Part shown: positions 12,975 to 25,879 of the stretch, piece by piece
How positions within the stretch are numbered: position 1 is the first letter of the stretch
Layout: each line of letters begins with the position of its first letter
DNA from: Octopus sinensis
Taxonomy: Eukaryota
NCBI RefSeq assembly: GCF_006345805.1
Contig: NC_043001.1
Location: 101,866,001 to 101,930,000 of the forward strand
Direction: 5' to 3'
Length of the DNA stretch: 64,000 nucleotides
Translations under genes and position numbers: made by a program
Notes under the pieces: generated by a model
Told to the model about the DNA's origin: nothing
The model's input: the letters and a program-made list of their open reading frames with translations, nothing else
Database searches by the model: none

Positions 12975-13400
12975 CCATGGCTGTGTGGTAAGAAACTTGC
13001 TTCCCAGCCACATGGTTCTGGGTTCATTCCCACTGTGTGGCACCTTGGGCAAGTGTCTTCTACTATAACTTCATGCCGACCTACGTCTTGTGAGTGGATT
13101 TGGTAGATGGAAACTGAAAGAAGCCCATCGTATATATGTGTTTTTATATATATATACATATTTAGGTGTGTAATGTGTGTTTCTGTCTGTATTTGTCTCC
13201 CACCACCATTTGTCAAGTGTTGGTGTGTTTACATCCTCATAACTTAGCAATTCAGCAAAAGAGAATGATAGTGAAAGTACCAGGCTAAAAAGAGAAAAAC
13301 AATGAGTACTAGAGTTGAGTCATTTGACTAAAAGTTTGTTGAGGTGGTGCTCAAGCATGGCCACAGTCAGCCTAATTACTGTAACAGGTAAAAGATAAAA
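12975..13400 (+). mobile_element. Family B SINE, near full length
   Basis: tggctgtgtggtaagaaacttgcttcccagccacatggttctgggttcattcccactg head and ...gtaacaggtaaaagataaaag tail. Confidence 0.85.
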
Positions 13401-13643
13401 GATATATAAATATAAAAGTGATTTTGGAAGGATGTATTATCCAGGCGGATACTGTGTTGGCTCTCAGTTGAGTTCCAGTTAATGGCTAACCCCACAATGA
13501 TCCCAATACATTTACAACAGTGAGTAATCACTGCAGTGGAAACACGTGTAGGTCATTATAAAATGCTGAATATAACTATAAAATTAATATTGTGGATGTA
13601 CAAGTCTCCGTACTCTTTATTATTATTAATATTTTGTGTGTGC

Positions 13644-13676
<33 letters not shown>

Positions 13677-13794
13677 TGGATCAAAACAGTTTGATTCAAA
13701 TTCATTGGTACTCTTGTGTTTCAAGTGTGATGCTAGTCATCAGCCATTTTGAATTGTTGAGTGCCCTTCTTTCGTTTGTCCACTCACTCATATA

Positions 13795-14055
13795 TCATCA
13801 TCATCATCATCATCATCATTTAGCGTTCGCTTTCCATGCTAGCATGGGTTGGACGGTTCAACTAGGGTCTGTGAAGCCAGAAGGCTGCATCAGGCCCAGT
13901 CTGATTTGGCAGTGTTTCTACGGCTGGATGCCCTTCCTAATGCCAACCACTCCGTGAGTGTAGTGGGTGCTTTTTACGTGCCACCCGCACAGGTGCCAGA
14001 CGGAGCTGGCAAACGGCCACGGACGGATGGTGCTTTTTACGTGCCACCGGCACGA
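13795..14055 (-). mobile_element. Family A repeat
   Basis: Matches the family consensus. Confidence 0.85.
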
Positions 14056-14060
14056 CGCCA

Positions 14061-14098
<38 letters not shown>

Positions 14099-14827
14099 GG
14101 GGAGGGAGAGAGACAGACAGATGTAGACAGACATGGTGGAAAGGAAGGGAGAGAAAGAGACACTGACGCATGTGCAGAAGCAGGCATGGCTGTGAGGTTA
14201 AGAAGTTCACTTGACAATCACCTGATTTCTTTGGTTACCATAGGCGAATGTTCTGTTGTAGCTCTGAGCTGACAGAAACTGTGCTGAAGCCTGTTGCTTG
14301 TGTATGTGTGTCTGTGTGGTGTGTGTGTGTGTGTGTACGTGCACATGCCTGTGTTTGATTCTCACCCACTTGACAACAGCTGTAGGTTTGTTTACATCCC
14401 CACAACTTAAAGGTTCGGTGAAAGAGAGACATATAAAGAAACATCAGACTTAACATTCGTACCTGAATTGACTGACCAGAAAACTCTTGAAAGTGATGCT
14501 CCAGTATGGCCGCAGTTTAATGACTGAAACAAATAAAAGACTACATTTATAGAACAGTTTGTCAATATTATTTCATATGTGATCATAACAACTGATGTTT
14601 GTTTCTCTTGATAATTCCATGACTGGCTTAACCTTCACTCAGCTTCTTCAACACATTGTCAACTTCCAGCTTCAATGTCTTTTGACTCCACTTCTTTCAG
14701 ACTTCTATAAATATTATTTTCTTAAGCTATCATCCATTTTTATTCCACATCCAGCAGAGCATTTTCAATTTATTTCTCTCCAAATTTTGCACATCTTCTG
14801 CATCTAATGCCCATGTCTCACACATGC

Positions 14828-14987
14828 GTAGAAGTGGCTGTGTGGTAAGTAGTTTGCTTACCAACCACATGGTTCCAGGTTCAGTCCCACTGCGTGGCAC
14901 CTTAGACAAGTGTCTTCTACTATTGCCTTGGGTCGACCAAAGCCTTGTGAGTGGATTTGGTAGGCAGAAACTGAAAGAAGCCCGCCG

Positions 14988-15024
<37 letters not shown>

Positions 15025-15232
15025 ATATGTTTGTGTGTCTGTGTTTGTCCCCCCAACATCACTTGACGACCGATGCTGGTGTGTTTACGTCCCCGTAACT
15101 TAGTGGTTCAACAAAAGAGACCAATAGAATAAGTACTAGGCTTACAAAGAATAAGACCTGGGGTCAATTTGCTTGACTAAAAGCAGTGCTCCAGCATGGC
15201 CACAGTCAAATGACTGAAACAAGTAAAGAGTA
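14828..15232 (+). mobile_element. Family B SINE, well preserved
   Basis: A box gtggctgtgtgg, B box ggttcagtccc, CORE-like ggcaccttagacaagtgtcttctactat, tail ...gactgaaacaagtaaagag. Confidence 0.9.
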
Positions 15233-15394
15233 TACAACAAAACATCCTTCATTCAAAGAGAGAATCTTTTCGATGCTTGCAGAAGTAATGGTTCCTTGAA
15301 TGTTTCCCATCTTCTTCTTATTCTGGCGAATATACTTCCAGAACATTCTCATTTACTGCTAAGTATGTAGTCTATGGAGCACTGGAATTAATCT

Positions 15395-15830
15395 ATTAAT
15401 TCCACCAAGGTTGACTTTGCCTTTCATCCTTTTGGGGGGTCAATAAATTAAGTACCAGCTGCGGGTTAGGATTGATCTAATTGACTGACCCCTCCTCCCC
15501 CAAAATTTCGGGCCTTCTGCTTAGAGTAGAAAAGAATGTTTTGCATGATAAATGCAGCAAGCTGGCAGAAATGTTAGCATGCCTGGCAAAATGCTAAGCA
15601 GTATTTCATTAGTCTATACATTCTGAGTTCAAATTCCACCAAGACCGAGTCTGCCTGTCATCCTTTTGGGAGCCAATAAATTAAGTACCAGTTGCGTATT
15701 GGAGTCGATCTAATTGACTGGCCCCTCCCCCAAAAATTTTGGACCTTGTGCCTAGAGTAGAAAAGAATGTAATTGACTCACCCCTCCCCAAAATTGCTGG
15801 CCTTGTGCCAAAAATTGAAGCCAATATTTC
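15395..15830 (+). mobile_element. Family C SINE array (one near-full copy flanked by partial copies)
   Basis: gcctttcatccttttggggg...aattaagtaccag (Meta-domain-like) and the cccctccccaaaattt...ggccttgtgcc tail are repeated. Confidence 0.8.
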
Positions 15831-16119
15831 TCTGACTTTTAACTACTCCCCTACATATCTCCATATATACAATTTTTTTTTCCCTGTCCACTACCTGTGC
15901 CCCTCTTATGTCTCCATAGTTCACACTGGATACACCATATTGAGTTCTACTTAGATCTTTTCTGCATATCATTTATGGCAGCAGAGTCCTTGCCTTCACA
16001 CAAAAATTTTAGTCTCCACCAAGTTTACTCTGATGCCTCTTGCATCCAGGTTTAATTCCCACCTCAAGAATTTCTTACTTAAGTTTCCTACACACCTTGT
16101 TCTAAGAATACAACGAACT

Positions 16120-16658
16120 GGCACTCTGTCAGCTACTATGACAAGCATTCTGGTTGGTCCAGTCAACGGAACAGCCTGCTCATAAAATGTGCAAGTGATA
16201 GAAAACTTCCATAAACACATGTACCCTTAACCCATTAAGTCCCCTTGTCCTATAAATAGGACACTAAATGAGAACATTAAATAAGCTATATCACATTGCC
16301 TCAGTGTCCTATTTATAGGACAGCCAGTATTTCCATTTCTACTTGAAGGAAAGGAGTTTTAACAATTATTTTTATCCTTTTAACCTATTTTCAATCATCT
16401 GTAAAAATTTAAAAGTAATATTCAGAAATTTAAGTACTCTGGGACTTAATGGGTTAATGCTGTTCTCAAAGATGTTCAATTTGATACAGAATGTGACAAG
16501 ACTGACCCCACAGGTACAACACATTTCAGCCAGGTGAGTAGACTGGAATAATGCAAACTAAAGTGTTTTGCTCAAGGTCAGAACATGCCACCAGAAATCG
16601 AACTCCTGACCTTACAGTCATTAGTCCCTCTATGGCTGACCACTTTGCCACATGCCTT
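16120..16658 (-). mobile_element. Family D tRNA-derived SINE interrupted by a MITE
   Basis: After removing 16231-16457, the reverse complement aligns by eye with the uninterrupted copy at 54140-54440. Confidence 0.75.
16231..16453. mobile_element. piggyBac-type non-autonomous element (MITE)
   Basis: TTAA at 16227-16230 and 16454-16457; perfect 13-bp TIRs CCCATTAAGTCCC / GGGACTTAATGGG; internal 19-bp inverted repeat gtcctataaataggacact / agtgtcctatttataggac. Confidence 0.85.
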
Positions 16659-17352
16659 CACAGCAGCACATACAAGTTCCAACAGACAGGGAGACTTGAA
16701 GAAATCTATGATGGAATTGAGAAGTATAATCGTTAAGAGAATATTGAGAAGAACAGGGCCACATGTGAACCTGGAAGCTAAATTCCTCACTGAGATCATT
16801 GCCAATGCTCACTTTTCTCATTGTATCTTTGTACATATCTCAAATCTCAGATAAACAAATATCATGCAGAGTAGCTTATTCTTAGCAGATTCTTTTGCAG
16901 ATTGGCAAAATATCCAAGGGACCCTAAATTGGCACAAATTCCAACTGTGGCAAAGGTTATTCTCTTCTTCGTTATTCTAAAACTGAAATAGTTTTACCTA
17001 CTCAGAAAAATTTGTACCAGTGTTTTCTGTCTGTGGGCAGTCTTTCTGAGGCTCCTCTTCATAATACCTTTTCCATACATTATACATCGATCTATCTTCA
17101 ATCTATCATCCCTGTAATCTCACCAGATCTATATTTCACTGTATCTACATTCACAGCTGCAGCCCTGAATCATAGACACACTTGCTTACGTCTAAACAGC
17201 AAATGGATATCTCATACATACACTTACACACATACAATCGGGCACAGAGTTATCTCCCCAATTGCAGTATGAAATTGCTTTCACTTCTTCACGACTAGTC
17301 ATTCTTTTTTTTCTTTCTAATTATACCTTGTTTACACACTTCCTCTGTCTAA

Positions 17353-17387
17353 TTTCTGAAGAAGAGCTAATGTTCGAAATGTCAAAG
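17353..17387 (+). ncRNA. Minimal type I hammerhead ribozyme motif in a Penelope-like terminal repeat
   Basis: TTT-CTGAAGA-A-GAGC(TAAT)GTTC-GAAA-TG-TC-AAA: both catalytic boxes intact, GUC site, 3-bp stem I. Confidence 0.6.
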
Positions 17388-19559
17388 GCATTTGTACTTT
17401 TTCACTGTTCGTCACACATCAAACTAATAACAGCTCTAATTTTCACTTTGTTTTCTATATTCTTACTTTCACACATATAAATGTGTGTGTGTGTGTGTAT
17501 ACATACAAGTATGTATATGTGCATGCACACATAGTTGTATGTGTGTATGTATGTGTGCATCTGTGTGTCTGTGAATGCATGTGTGTGCATGCATGTATGT
17601 GTTTGGGTGGTGGGGTAAGGTAGGGTGGGGTGCATGTCAGACTTTGTGTTTGTATGTTTTCTGAGAGGAAAGGATTAGAAGAAACATCAAAGTAGTGGAA
17701 TGGAAAAAACTTCAAAAAAAAAAAAAGAAATTGTTTAAATATACAATGCATAAAGATTATCTAATTACAATTAATAGCCCAGATTTATTTTAAAATCCTT
17801 TAGAATTTGATCTCAACAAAGGAAATAAAGACGAATTATATGTTATTTTCTAAATATAAACATAATTATTGAAAATAATAAAATTGAATGCAAATTATTT
17901 GATAAATGTGTATCCATTGTCTTTAAGAGAACTGGAGTTCCTTTCTAGTGCAGTGACATTCTTTCTGAAATATTTCATGCTTCAATTGAAACAAAATTGC
18001 GTAGACTAGTTTGAAAATCATAGGAAAATATCAAAGATTCTAAATATAATGGGACAATCTTGATTGCTGTATTAGATTAATATCCAGTCATTAGACATGT
18101 TACCAAATTTGAATGACTTAAGATATTCATAATTTCCTTTGTCTGGGCATATGTACAACTTTGTTGGGGAGATGGGGAAGTCATTTGAATCTTTGATAGA
18201 CTTCTCGTTGGTGAGTTGTTAAAGGAGCTTAAATAAAATATTTGTTCTGATTTATAGGATTCAATTGATAAAAAAATGTTGTTTATTGCTGTAAAAACAT
18301 CCTTTAATGATTCTGATTGCTGTTTAACCATTCAAGAATATAAGAATAAGATTTTCCAGATATTCAAAATGTTGTATTCTTATAGAAAGGGAAAATGTTG
18401 CCATTATGTTCTCTTTTGAGAATAATGTCATCACTATTTCATCATTTTTTTTTATCTGAGTTTGTCTTGCTTCCATGGGTTGGACAGGAATTTCTGAGGC
18501 AGTATTCTGCAGATAGACGCCTCTCTCAGCCCAATCCTTACTTGTAGTCGAGTAAGATGCTTTATTCCAAAGGTTTATACAGAAGGAACCGACAAATAAG
18601 ACGTAGCGCTTATGGGGTACAGAAGCAGCAGACATCACCATTTGCTAAGCAGTGTTAAAGCAGACCAATGTAAAGATATGATGTGCAAACTAACACACAC
18701 ACACAGACACACACACACACACACACATCTTGGTGGCTGTAATCACTTGAGGGAAGAATCAGCACATTTTAATTACTCTTCCTTTGAACCACCATTTACC
18801 TCTTCTCCTTGGAACCATTTCCATTCCTTTATCTCCTTTTACCCTCCAGTCTTCCCCCACTCCCTTCACACAAATCACTTCCTGTCAGTTTCTTCAGTTC
18901 CACCTCCCCTTCTCTCTCCCTTTTTCTCTCCCTCTCTCTCATTCTCTCTTTCTCATTCTCTCCTCCATTTTAACACTTCACATATCTGCTATCTTTTCCA
19001 GTAGCCTCTCATGTTTGTCATCATCCCCCCCTCCACCCCGATCTCTGCAGCCACCTTCATCTTCTCTGACACCACTCTTCTTGCCATACCTACACCTTAT
19101 CTATCGTCCCTCTCACCTCCTCATCTACCCTTCCAGAGCCATTTCTGTCTCTCTCACCTTACCCCTCTTCCATACTGACATTTCCCATCACCCACACCTC
19201 CACCCTTGTCCATCACTCACTACCTTCATCTCCAACCATCTCTTACTCTCTCCTCCCATGACCCTCCCTGACCGTATCACCCCTTATGCTCATCTTCTTC
19301 TACCTTGACTGTTTGCTTTGGCACTTCCATCACTGCCTTTCTTTAACCCCTTCTGAACTAGCCCCAGCCACTATTTTCTTTAGTCATTGCATGGTGATCG
19401 CTTAAAAGCTTTAAGCTTATAAAATACTATATATATATATATATATATATATCTTATACATACATAAAATATACATTATACATATATGCATGTGTGTGTG
19501 CACGTATCTGTGTATACATTTACACTGCTCCCGTATATGGGCATAGAAGAGCCAAAGTG

Positions 19560-20300
19560 TTAGTCTGCTTTGCAGCCTTGTTGGGTTTGTATAGAAACAA
19601 GATGCAGTCGAATGCCAAACAGATTACAATCAGAATCCACAGGATGCAAGAGTATGGCTGTGCTGGAGTCACAATCCAGGCATCATGTAAGAATCCAGAG
19701 TAACGCTGCATAATTTCACATGTGAATTACTTAGATGGCAATACTGTGCAGATGATAGCATGGTTTGGATTCTGAGAACATTCAGAACAAGGGAAAAGGA
19801 GACAATGTTGATCCCAAGGACAATATTTGCTTGCAGTCAGTTAGGTTTCTGCTTCTAATCATGGTTAGCACACAAGAATGCGAAACTAACAGCAAACTAA
19901 TAGCTCACAGTAATGAAATATTGTTACACGGAATAGACTGGCTCGGTGCAACAGATGGAAAACTGGGAGAAGCTAAAAGAACTGAGGTTCTAATTCTTTG
20001 ATGGAAGATGTGAAAAATATGCAGTAATATATATGGAAGATCCTGGACAGTCTAGTGCCAAACTTTGGGATTGAAAGCTATACCTATCCTTGAACTAGAT
20101 GCCATTCTATAGCGCCAAAGATCCCACCTTCTCTGTTTAGAGTGGGAATCTAATACTGGAACTGTTTCGATTTTCAAGGGCCCACAACATTTCAGTGTCT
20201 TGCCCAGAAACACAAAGATCCATGAGATGTAGATGGGAACACATTTAAAAAATACGTTGATAGGTTTTTATCTAGAATGATAGCAAGAAACGGGAACGAG
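19560..20300 (+). mobile_element. Decayed CR1-clade LINE, 3' part of ORF2
   Basis: Manual translation: VWILRTFRTREKETML...CSQLGFC...WEKLKELRF*...EKYAVIYIWKILDSLVPNFGIESYTYP*TRCHSIAPKIP...GPQHFSVLP. Confidence 0.85.
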
Positions 20301-20498
20301 GTGGGGTTGCATTGCCCAATTCCTTCTTTCACCAAAACCAAACATACAAAGAAGGCCATCGAAATGAAATGGAATAAAATAAACATTAACACCAATAATG
20401 GTGCCCTAGCATAGCCACAGCCTCAGACTGAAGCAAGTAAAAGCTATACACACTCACAAACACAAACAGATCTACTGGAACCCTTGTTGTCATAACAG

Positions 20499-20623
20499 AT
20501 GGAATGCCAGCAATACTACGCCTGCTATGTTGATGTAGGCAAACCTGATGAATGCAAAGGAGCATCTATTGGGATTCCACCCCTGCCCCTGTCCTCACAC
20601 TCTGAACAGACACCTGTCAATAG
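20499..20623 (+). other. Candidate coding exon, product unknown
   Basis: ttgttgtcataacAG|ATG...AATAG|GTgaat; only one frame open: MECQQYYACYVDVGKPDECKGASIGIPPLPLSSHSEQTPVN. Confidence 0.2.
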
Positions 20624-21834
20624 GTGAATTAGTTACAGTTTAATGTATTCAAATATCTTGATAAAGAGATACTTAAATGGAAATAGTTTTCTTTTGCTAA
20701 GATTTTTGCTTTTTATAAATTATTTTCTAATTTATTGCATTTTATACAAAATGTTAAAATTAATTTCTTTTGACAGGGTTCAAGGCCAACTTTTATAGAA
20801 AAGGGTTATATTTAATCCCAGCCCAATAAATATTTATTTTATTGACTGAAGAGGATTAAAACAGGGAAATCAACTTCAGTAAAATTTGAAATTAAAATCT
20901 AATGAGATGGAATTGAATATTTTTTCTGTCAATTTGTCACCTTCGCAAATGATAAAATTGATCTTTTCATTTCATTTCAATTTAATTCATTTGTATTAAT
21001 TACCTTACTTCCTATGTTAACAAGCTAATAAACTATACAACACTTTTAATCTTAATCCCTTTTCTACATTTGGATATAAAACTTAAAAAACACCATGCAT
21101 TATTTTCAATGATTTTTAGGCTGTTTGAGTGAAAGCCGAGGTAGATTTGACTGTTATTTCTAGCACATGTATAATTTACTCTACATGTCAAAATATGCAG
21201 AGTTGTTCTCAACAGAGATATTGTATGTTTGGATCTCTAAGAATCACTCCAGATATTTGACTGACAACCTGTGGGCCATAGGTTTGTTTAAGAGGCTTCA
21301 CATGAGCGATCATCAGATTCACAAAGGCAACTTAACACCATCTTACAGAACAGAAATTACAATGTTTAGCTTCTATCAAACATAAATGTGTGAAAACATG
21401 AAATCATATACTAGATATTTCATAGATATTGGAAACTTAATCCAGATCCTGTCTAGGCTAACATAAATGCTTATAATAAAGTGTGCAGACATCCATTTAA
21501 TACATTTACAATAATCCCATATATATTGATAGTTTCAATATTGTTATGGTTAATATATTTATAATGCAGCAAGTTCATTTTTCACTAATAGCATTGCCCT
21601 TAATTAAAGTTATTTTTAGGAAATAGTAATGTCTTTTCAAAATATTTGCCTATTTAAAAAAAAAACCTGATAATAAAATAATACTCTGATAAATAATTAG
21701 ATTATTGCAAATGGGAATAAAATTTAAGATTGTTTACTGGTATTAACATATATATTTTTGCCTAGTCTTGTACTGCAGTCTTCAAGTTGAGAGCAGACTG
21801 AGTCAAAGAAATTCACAGTGTCACTAATGCATTC

Positions 21835-21861
21835 ATCATCATCATCATCATTATCATCATA

Positions 21862-21911
<50 letters not shown>

Positions 21912-21921
21912 CATCATCATC

Positions 21922-21968
<47 letters not shown>

Positions 21969-21973
21969 ACACC

Positions 21974-22023
<50 letters not shown>

Positions 22024-22035
22024 ACATCATCATCA
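21835..22035. repeat. (CAT)n microsatellite (expanded family A tail)
   Basis: Direct observation; continuous with a minus-strand family A copy at about 22020-22210. Confidence 0.9.
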
Positions 22036-22391
22036 TTTCGCGTTCGTTTTCCATGCTGGTATGGCTTGGACGGTTTGAGAGGAGCTGGCCAGCCAACAAG
22101 CTGCACCAGGCTCCAGTCAGCTGCTTTGGCATGGTTTCTGCAACTGGATGCCCCCCCCCTAATGCCAACCACTTTACAGAGTATCCTGGCTGCTCTCTAC
22201 ATGGCACCAACGCTAGTGCTTAATGTCGAAGTGAGGTCATCATTCACAGATGTAGGCTTCTCTTTTCTGCCCCAAAGACTGCAAACAGAATGAAAGTTCC
22301 AACGTTTAGAACACCAATATTAACAGGAGTAAGGCCCCCAACAGTTCTGTATGAATTCATTTTATTTAGGATTTGCCAATATGCAAATGTT

Positions 22392-22610
22392 GTAAGGCAG
22401 CAAGCTGGCAGAAACGTTAGCACACCGGGTGGAATGCTTAGCAGTATTTCTTCTGTCTTTACATTCTGAGTTCAAATTCGGGGGTTGACTTTGCCTTTCA
22501 TCCTTTCGGGGTCAATAAATTAAGTACAAGTTGTGTACTAGGGTCGATCTAATCGACTGGTCCCCTCCCCAAAAATTTCGGGCCTTGTGCCTAGAGTAGA
22601 AAAGAATATT
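22392..22610 (+). mobile_element. Family C SINE
   Basis: taaggcagcaagctggcagaaacgttagcac head; gcctttcatcctttcggggtcaataaattaagtac Meta-like domain. Confidence 0.85.
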
Positions 22611-23229
22611 AATCAAATGTTCCGAAGTGACCAAATAAATCCGAAAGAATTTCCTCCAAATTTCTCAGGTTCTTTTTCTTTTACCTTTTATGCTTAACTT
22701 GTTTCACTCACATACACACACACACATACACACACTTACATACACACACATTCACACACACTCACTCACACATACACACATACACACGCACACAATGAAC
22801 TTCTTTTTCCATCTGCCAAATCCACACACAAGGCTTTGGTCAGCCTGGGCTCATAGTAGAAAATGGTCATCAAAGATTCCACACAGTGGGATTGAACCTG
22901 GAACCATGTGGTTGGGAAGCAAGCTTTTTACCACACTGCCACACCTTGAAAGATTCTTTTGAAGAAGCAAGGTAAAAAGCAAGAATTTGGCTGATCTTCT
23001 TTACCATTTTAACCTCTTGGTGAACATAAAACACCCCAGGCTTATTAACCCTTCTACCAGCCTCATCCAGTGTTTGTGTGTTTATATCCCAAACATCCTT
23101 TGTCAGCTCCATATTTTTGAAGTTATATTCAACTTGGTATGTCACCCTTCTTTACATGTAATTTGATATTATTTGTCCTGTATTCACTATCAAGAGAGTA
23201 ACACCCAAACCCTTATCAGAGCCTTTGAG

Positions 23230-25200
23230 ACCTATGTCTCTTTAGTGTCAGCTGACCCTAGAGGCCTCAGTCCTAATCATTTGAAAATTGTAAAACAGGA
23301 TCTCAATCCCACGTCTGAATTAAGCATTAGTCATCAGCTAACAGCAGCTGGTCACCTGCACTTCATAGGATTCTTAAGATTACATCAGGTGTTCAGCAAC
23401 AGTACCATTCCTGATAATACTTCACTGACACTTCACTTGCAAAAGTTTTCTCTATCTCACAATGGTGCACAATTCTTCTTTAGAACTGACCTTTTCTGGT
23501 CATTCAACCTAAATCCTAATGAAACCAATAGGAAAAAAAGTAAATAAAATAATGGTAATTGTTATACTCTTCAGGCTTTTGGAGTTTTTCCAAATATCAT
23601 TTGTCCTATGTGAGGAAACACCAACTTCCAAGTAATTTATTGGTAACATCAGTCAAAGATTACCTTTTCACTACATTTACCTTGATGCTTTATTAATTAC
23701 CAGACCATCCAAGGACAAACATAAAGAATATCTTCAATCATTTTCTCAAAGACTCACCAAAAGTTAATCAAGAATGCCAACAACTTTGTGTCTGGAAGAA
23801 CTCAACTGATTCACAAGAATCAAAGTGATGTTGGTTGCGACTGTCTACCTTATTATTCATCCCAGAAGTCTTTGTGAGTTATGGATGTATTGGACATGGC
23901 CTTTCAAGCTTTAACCAATAATTAGTAGATGATGGTGTATGCCAACCATTTTCTTACTGTACAGACTACACATTTCTTATTTACACCCTGTAATGCAGAC
24001 GTGACAGTCATTTACCAAGAAAGCTTTGTTGTTTTAATTACATCTCTCAGTATTCCACTGACATTTGCCATATCAAACACATTGATAACACTGCAGCTGA
24101 CACACGCATTTAAATGTCTGACACACATCTATCTTCATTGATCTTGGGGTTACACTTGATCAAGAGTAACATAACCTTCATGACTCCAACATTTTCCCTT
24201 GTCTTCTAACCTTTCATCTTGTGCCTTTTCTTTCTCCAACAGGACATATAAGATGTGACATTTCTACTGGTCATAAATACCCATGTATATCTCAGAACAC
24301 CCTTATATACTGCAAAGGTATCAATCTCACATAAGGCAGCGAGCTGGCAGAACTGTTAGCACGCCAGATGAAATGCTTTGCGGTATTTCGTCTGCCGCTA
24401 CGTTCAGAGTTCAAATTCCGGCCTAGGTTGACTTTGCCTTTCATCCTTTCGGGGTTGATAAATTAAGTACCAGTTACGCACTGGGGTCGATGTAATCACT
24501 TAATCCGTTTGTCTGTCCTTTTTTGTCTCCTCTGTGTTTAGTCCCTTGTGGGTAGTAAAGAAATAGGTACCATCTCACAGTTTCACTGCATTTCATTGTT
24601 TGTCATACTACGGCACCAACTTGACACCAAAGTTGAAATCAGCTCACATTCTTTGGATTGGTATCAACAGAAGCCAGGAACTGCATCAACTCACCAACTG
24701 ACGCTTTCTAATAACTGATCCTTGTGTCAACCATTTACATATCGATATTGCAGGACCACTGACTTCTTCTTACGCCTACTTACTGATTTGTATCGACCAA
24801 TTTTCCAGATGACCGGAACACAGTGGAATCAGTTGCCAAGCCTTTCATGCATCAGTGGATTTCTTGGCATGGCATGTTTGTCATCATACGCATGATTCAA
24901 CAGACATGTTAGTTCAAATCCAAACTTTTCACTGAAATGACTCATCTCAGGGTTGGGTGGGGGTTACACTACCCCTTTGCTATCTTGCAACAAATGATAT
25001 AATTTGGATGTTTGCACTGGAAGTTGAAGTTAACTCTGAAGGTTTACTCTGATAACAATAAATGGGTGTTCTCTTGCGTATACACTTCACTGTTAAGAAA
25101 GGGCATTTGATGTACATCAGCTAAGCTAGTTTATGGTAATATTCTGGTGTTAACAGATCAGATAGAGGTACCACTTTCCTATCAGGATATCTCAACACTG
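23230..25200 (+). mobile_element. Ty3/Gypsy LTR retrotransposon pol relic (RT-RNaseH-integrase)
   Basis: SANSSWSPALH, NSTIPD and LPFHYIYLDALLITRPSKDKHKEYLQ (RT, YxDD decayed to YLDA); FNYISQYSTDICHIKHIDNTAAD (RNase H); HLHIDIAGPL..YAYLLICIDQFSR*PE and CTSAKLVYG (integrase). The order RT-RH-INT fits Gypsy. No LTRs recognised. Confidence 0.9.
24332..24564 (+). mobile_element. Family C SINE inserted into the Gypsy relic
   Basis: Full head and tail; flanked by aggtatcaatctcaca (24316-24331) and aggtaccatctcaca (24565-24579), a probable TSD. Confidence 0.9.
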
Positions 25201-25409
25201 ACAAACTATGTATATTGTTTGATTCCAGCCAATCCTCATCTATATCTACCCATGACTAAATTTCTACCCAAGAAATCCTATTTAGGTAGCACAACAAAGT
25301 GCATCATTGAACTCCAGAACAGTTTATATTTGCTGGAAAAAGAAATATATGGGCCAAAAGCAGTAGAATCAGACTCATTTTCATAATTAGTACATCAACA
25401 TCAAAATCA

Positions 25410-25775
25410 AAATCAAATGGAAATTGTAGTTGTGATCCCCATGCCAGTGGCACATAAAAGGCACCATCTGAACGTGGATGATGCCAGTGCTATTTTATTT
25501 TGACTGGCTTCCATGCTGGTGGCACGTAAAAAGCACCACCTGATCGTGGTCGATGCTAGCTCTTCCGACCCCTGTGCCAGTGGCACATAAAAAACACCCA
25601 CTACACTCTCGGAGTGGTTGGCATTAGGAAGGGCATCAAGCTGTAGAAACACTGCCAGATCAGACTGGAGCCTGGTGCAGCCCCCTGGTTTCCCAGACCC
25701 CAGTTGAACCATCTAATCTATGCCAGCATGAAAAACGGACGTTAAACGATGCTGTTGTTGTTGATGATGATGATG
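25410..25775 (+). mobile_element. Family A repeat
   Basis: Ends with aaaacggacgttaaacgatg followed by a (GAT)n tract. Confidence 0.85.
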
Positions 25776-25879
25776 ATGATGATGATGGTGATGGTGGTGA
25801 GGATGATGATGATGATGACTTGAATCAACATCAGGCTTGTTCAGTTCCATCAATTTATCTTTCTGCCACTATTTCTAAT

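Larger units (their letters stand above)
14600..16100 (-). mobile_element. Decayed RTE-clade LINE (RT domains 6-7 to C-terminus) split by SINE insertions
   Basis: Minus-strand pieces occur in the correct order: NLSKKFLRWELNLDARGIRVNLVETKIFV (~16090-16000), ICRK...NSIWCIQCELWRHKR (~15970-15900), GSIFARIRRRWETFKEPLLL..KRFSL (~15340-15250) and CETWALDAEDVQNLERNKLKMLCWM (~14820-14740). Confidence 0.85.

Noticed and set aside
20545-20570. CTGATGA followed by ATGC/GCAT hairpin
   Set aside because: No GAAA box downstream.
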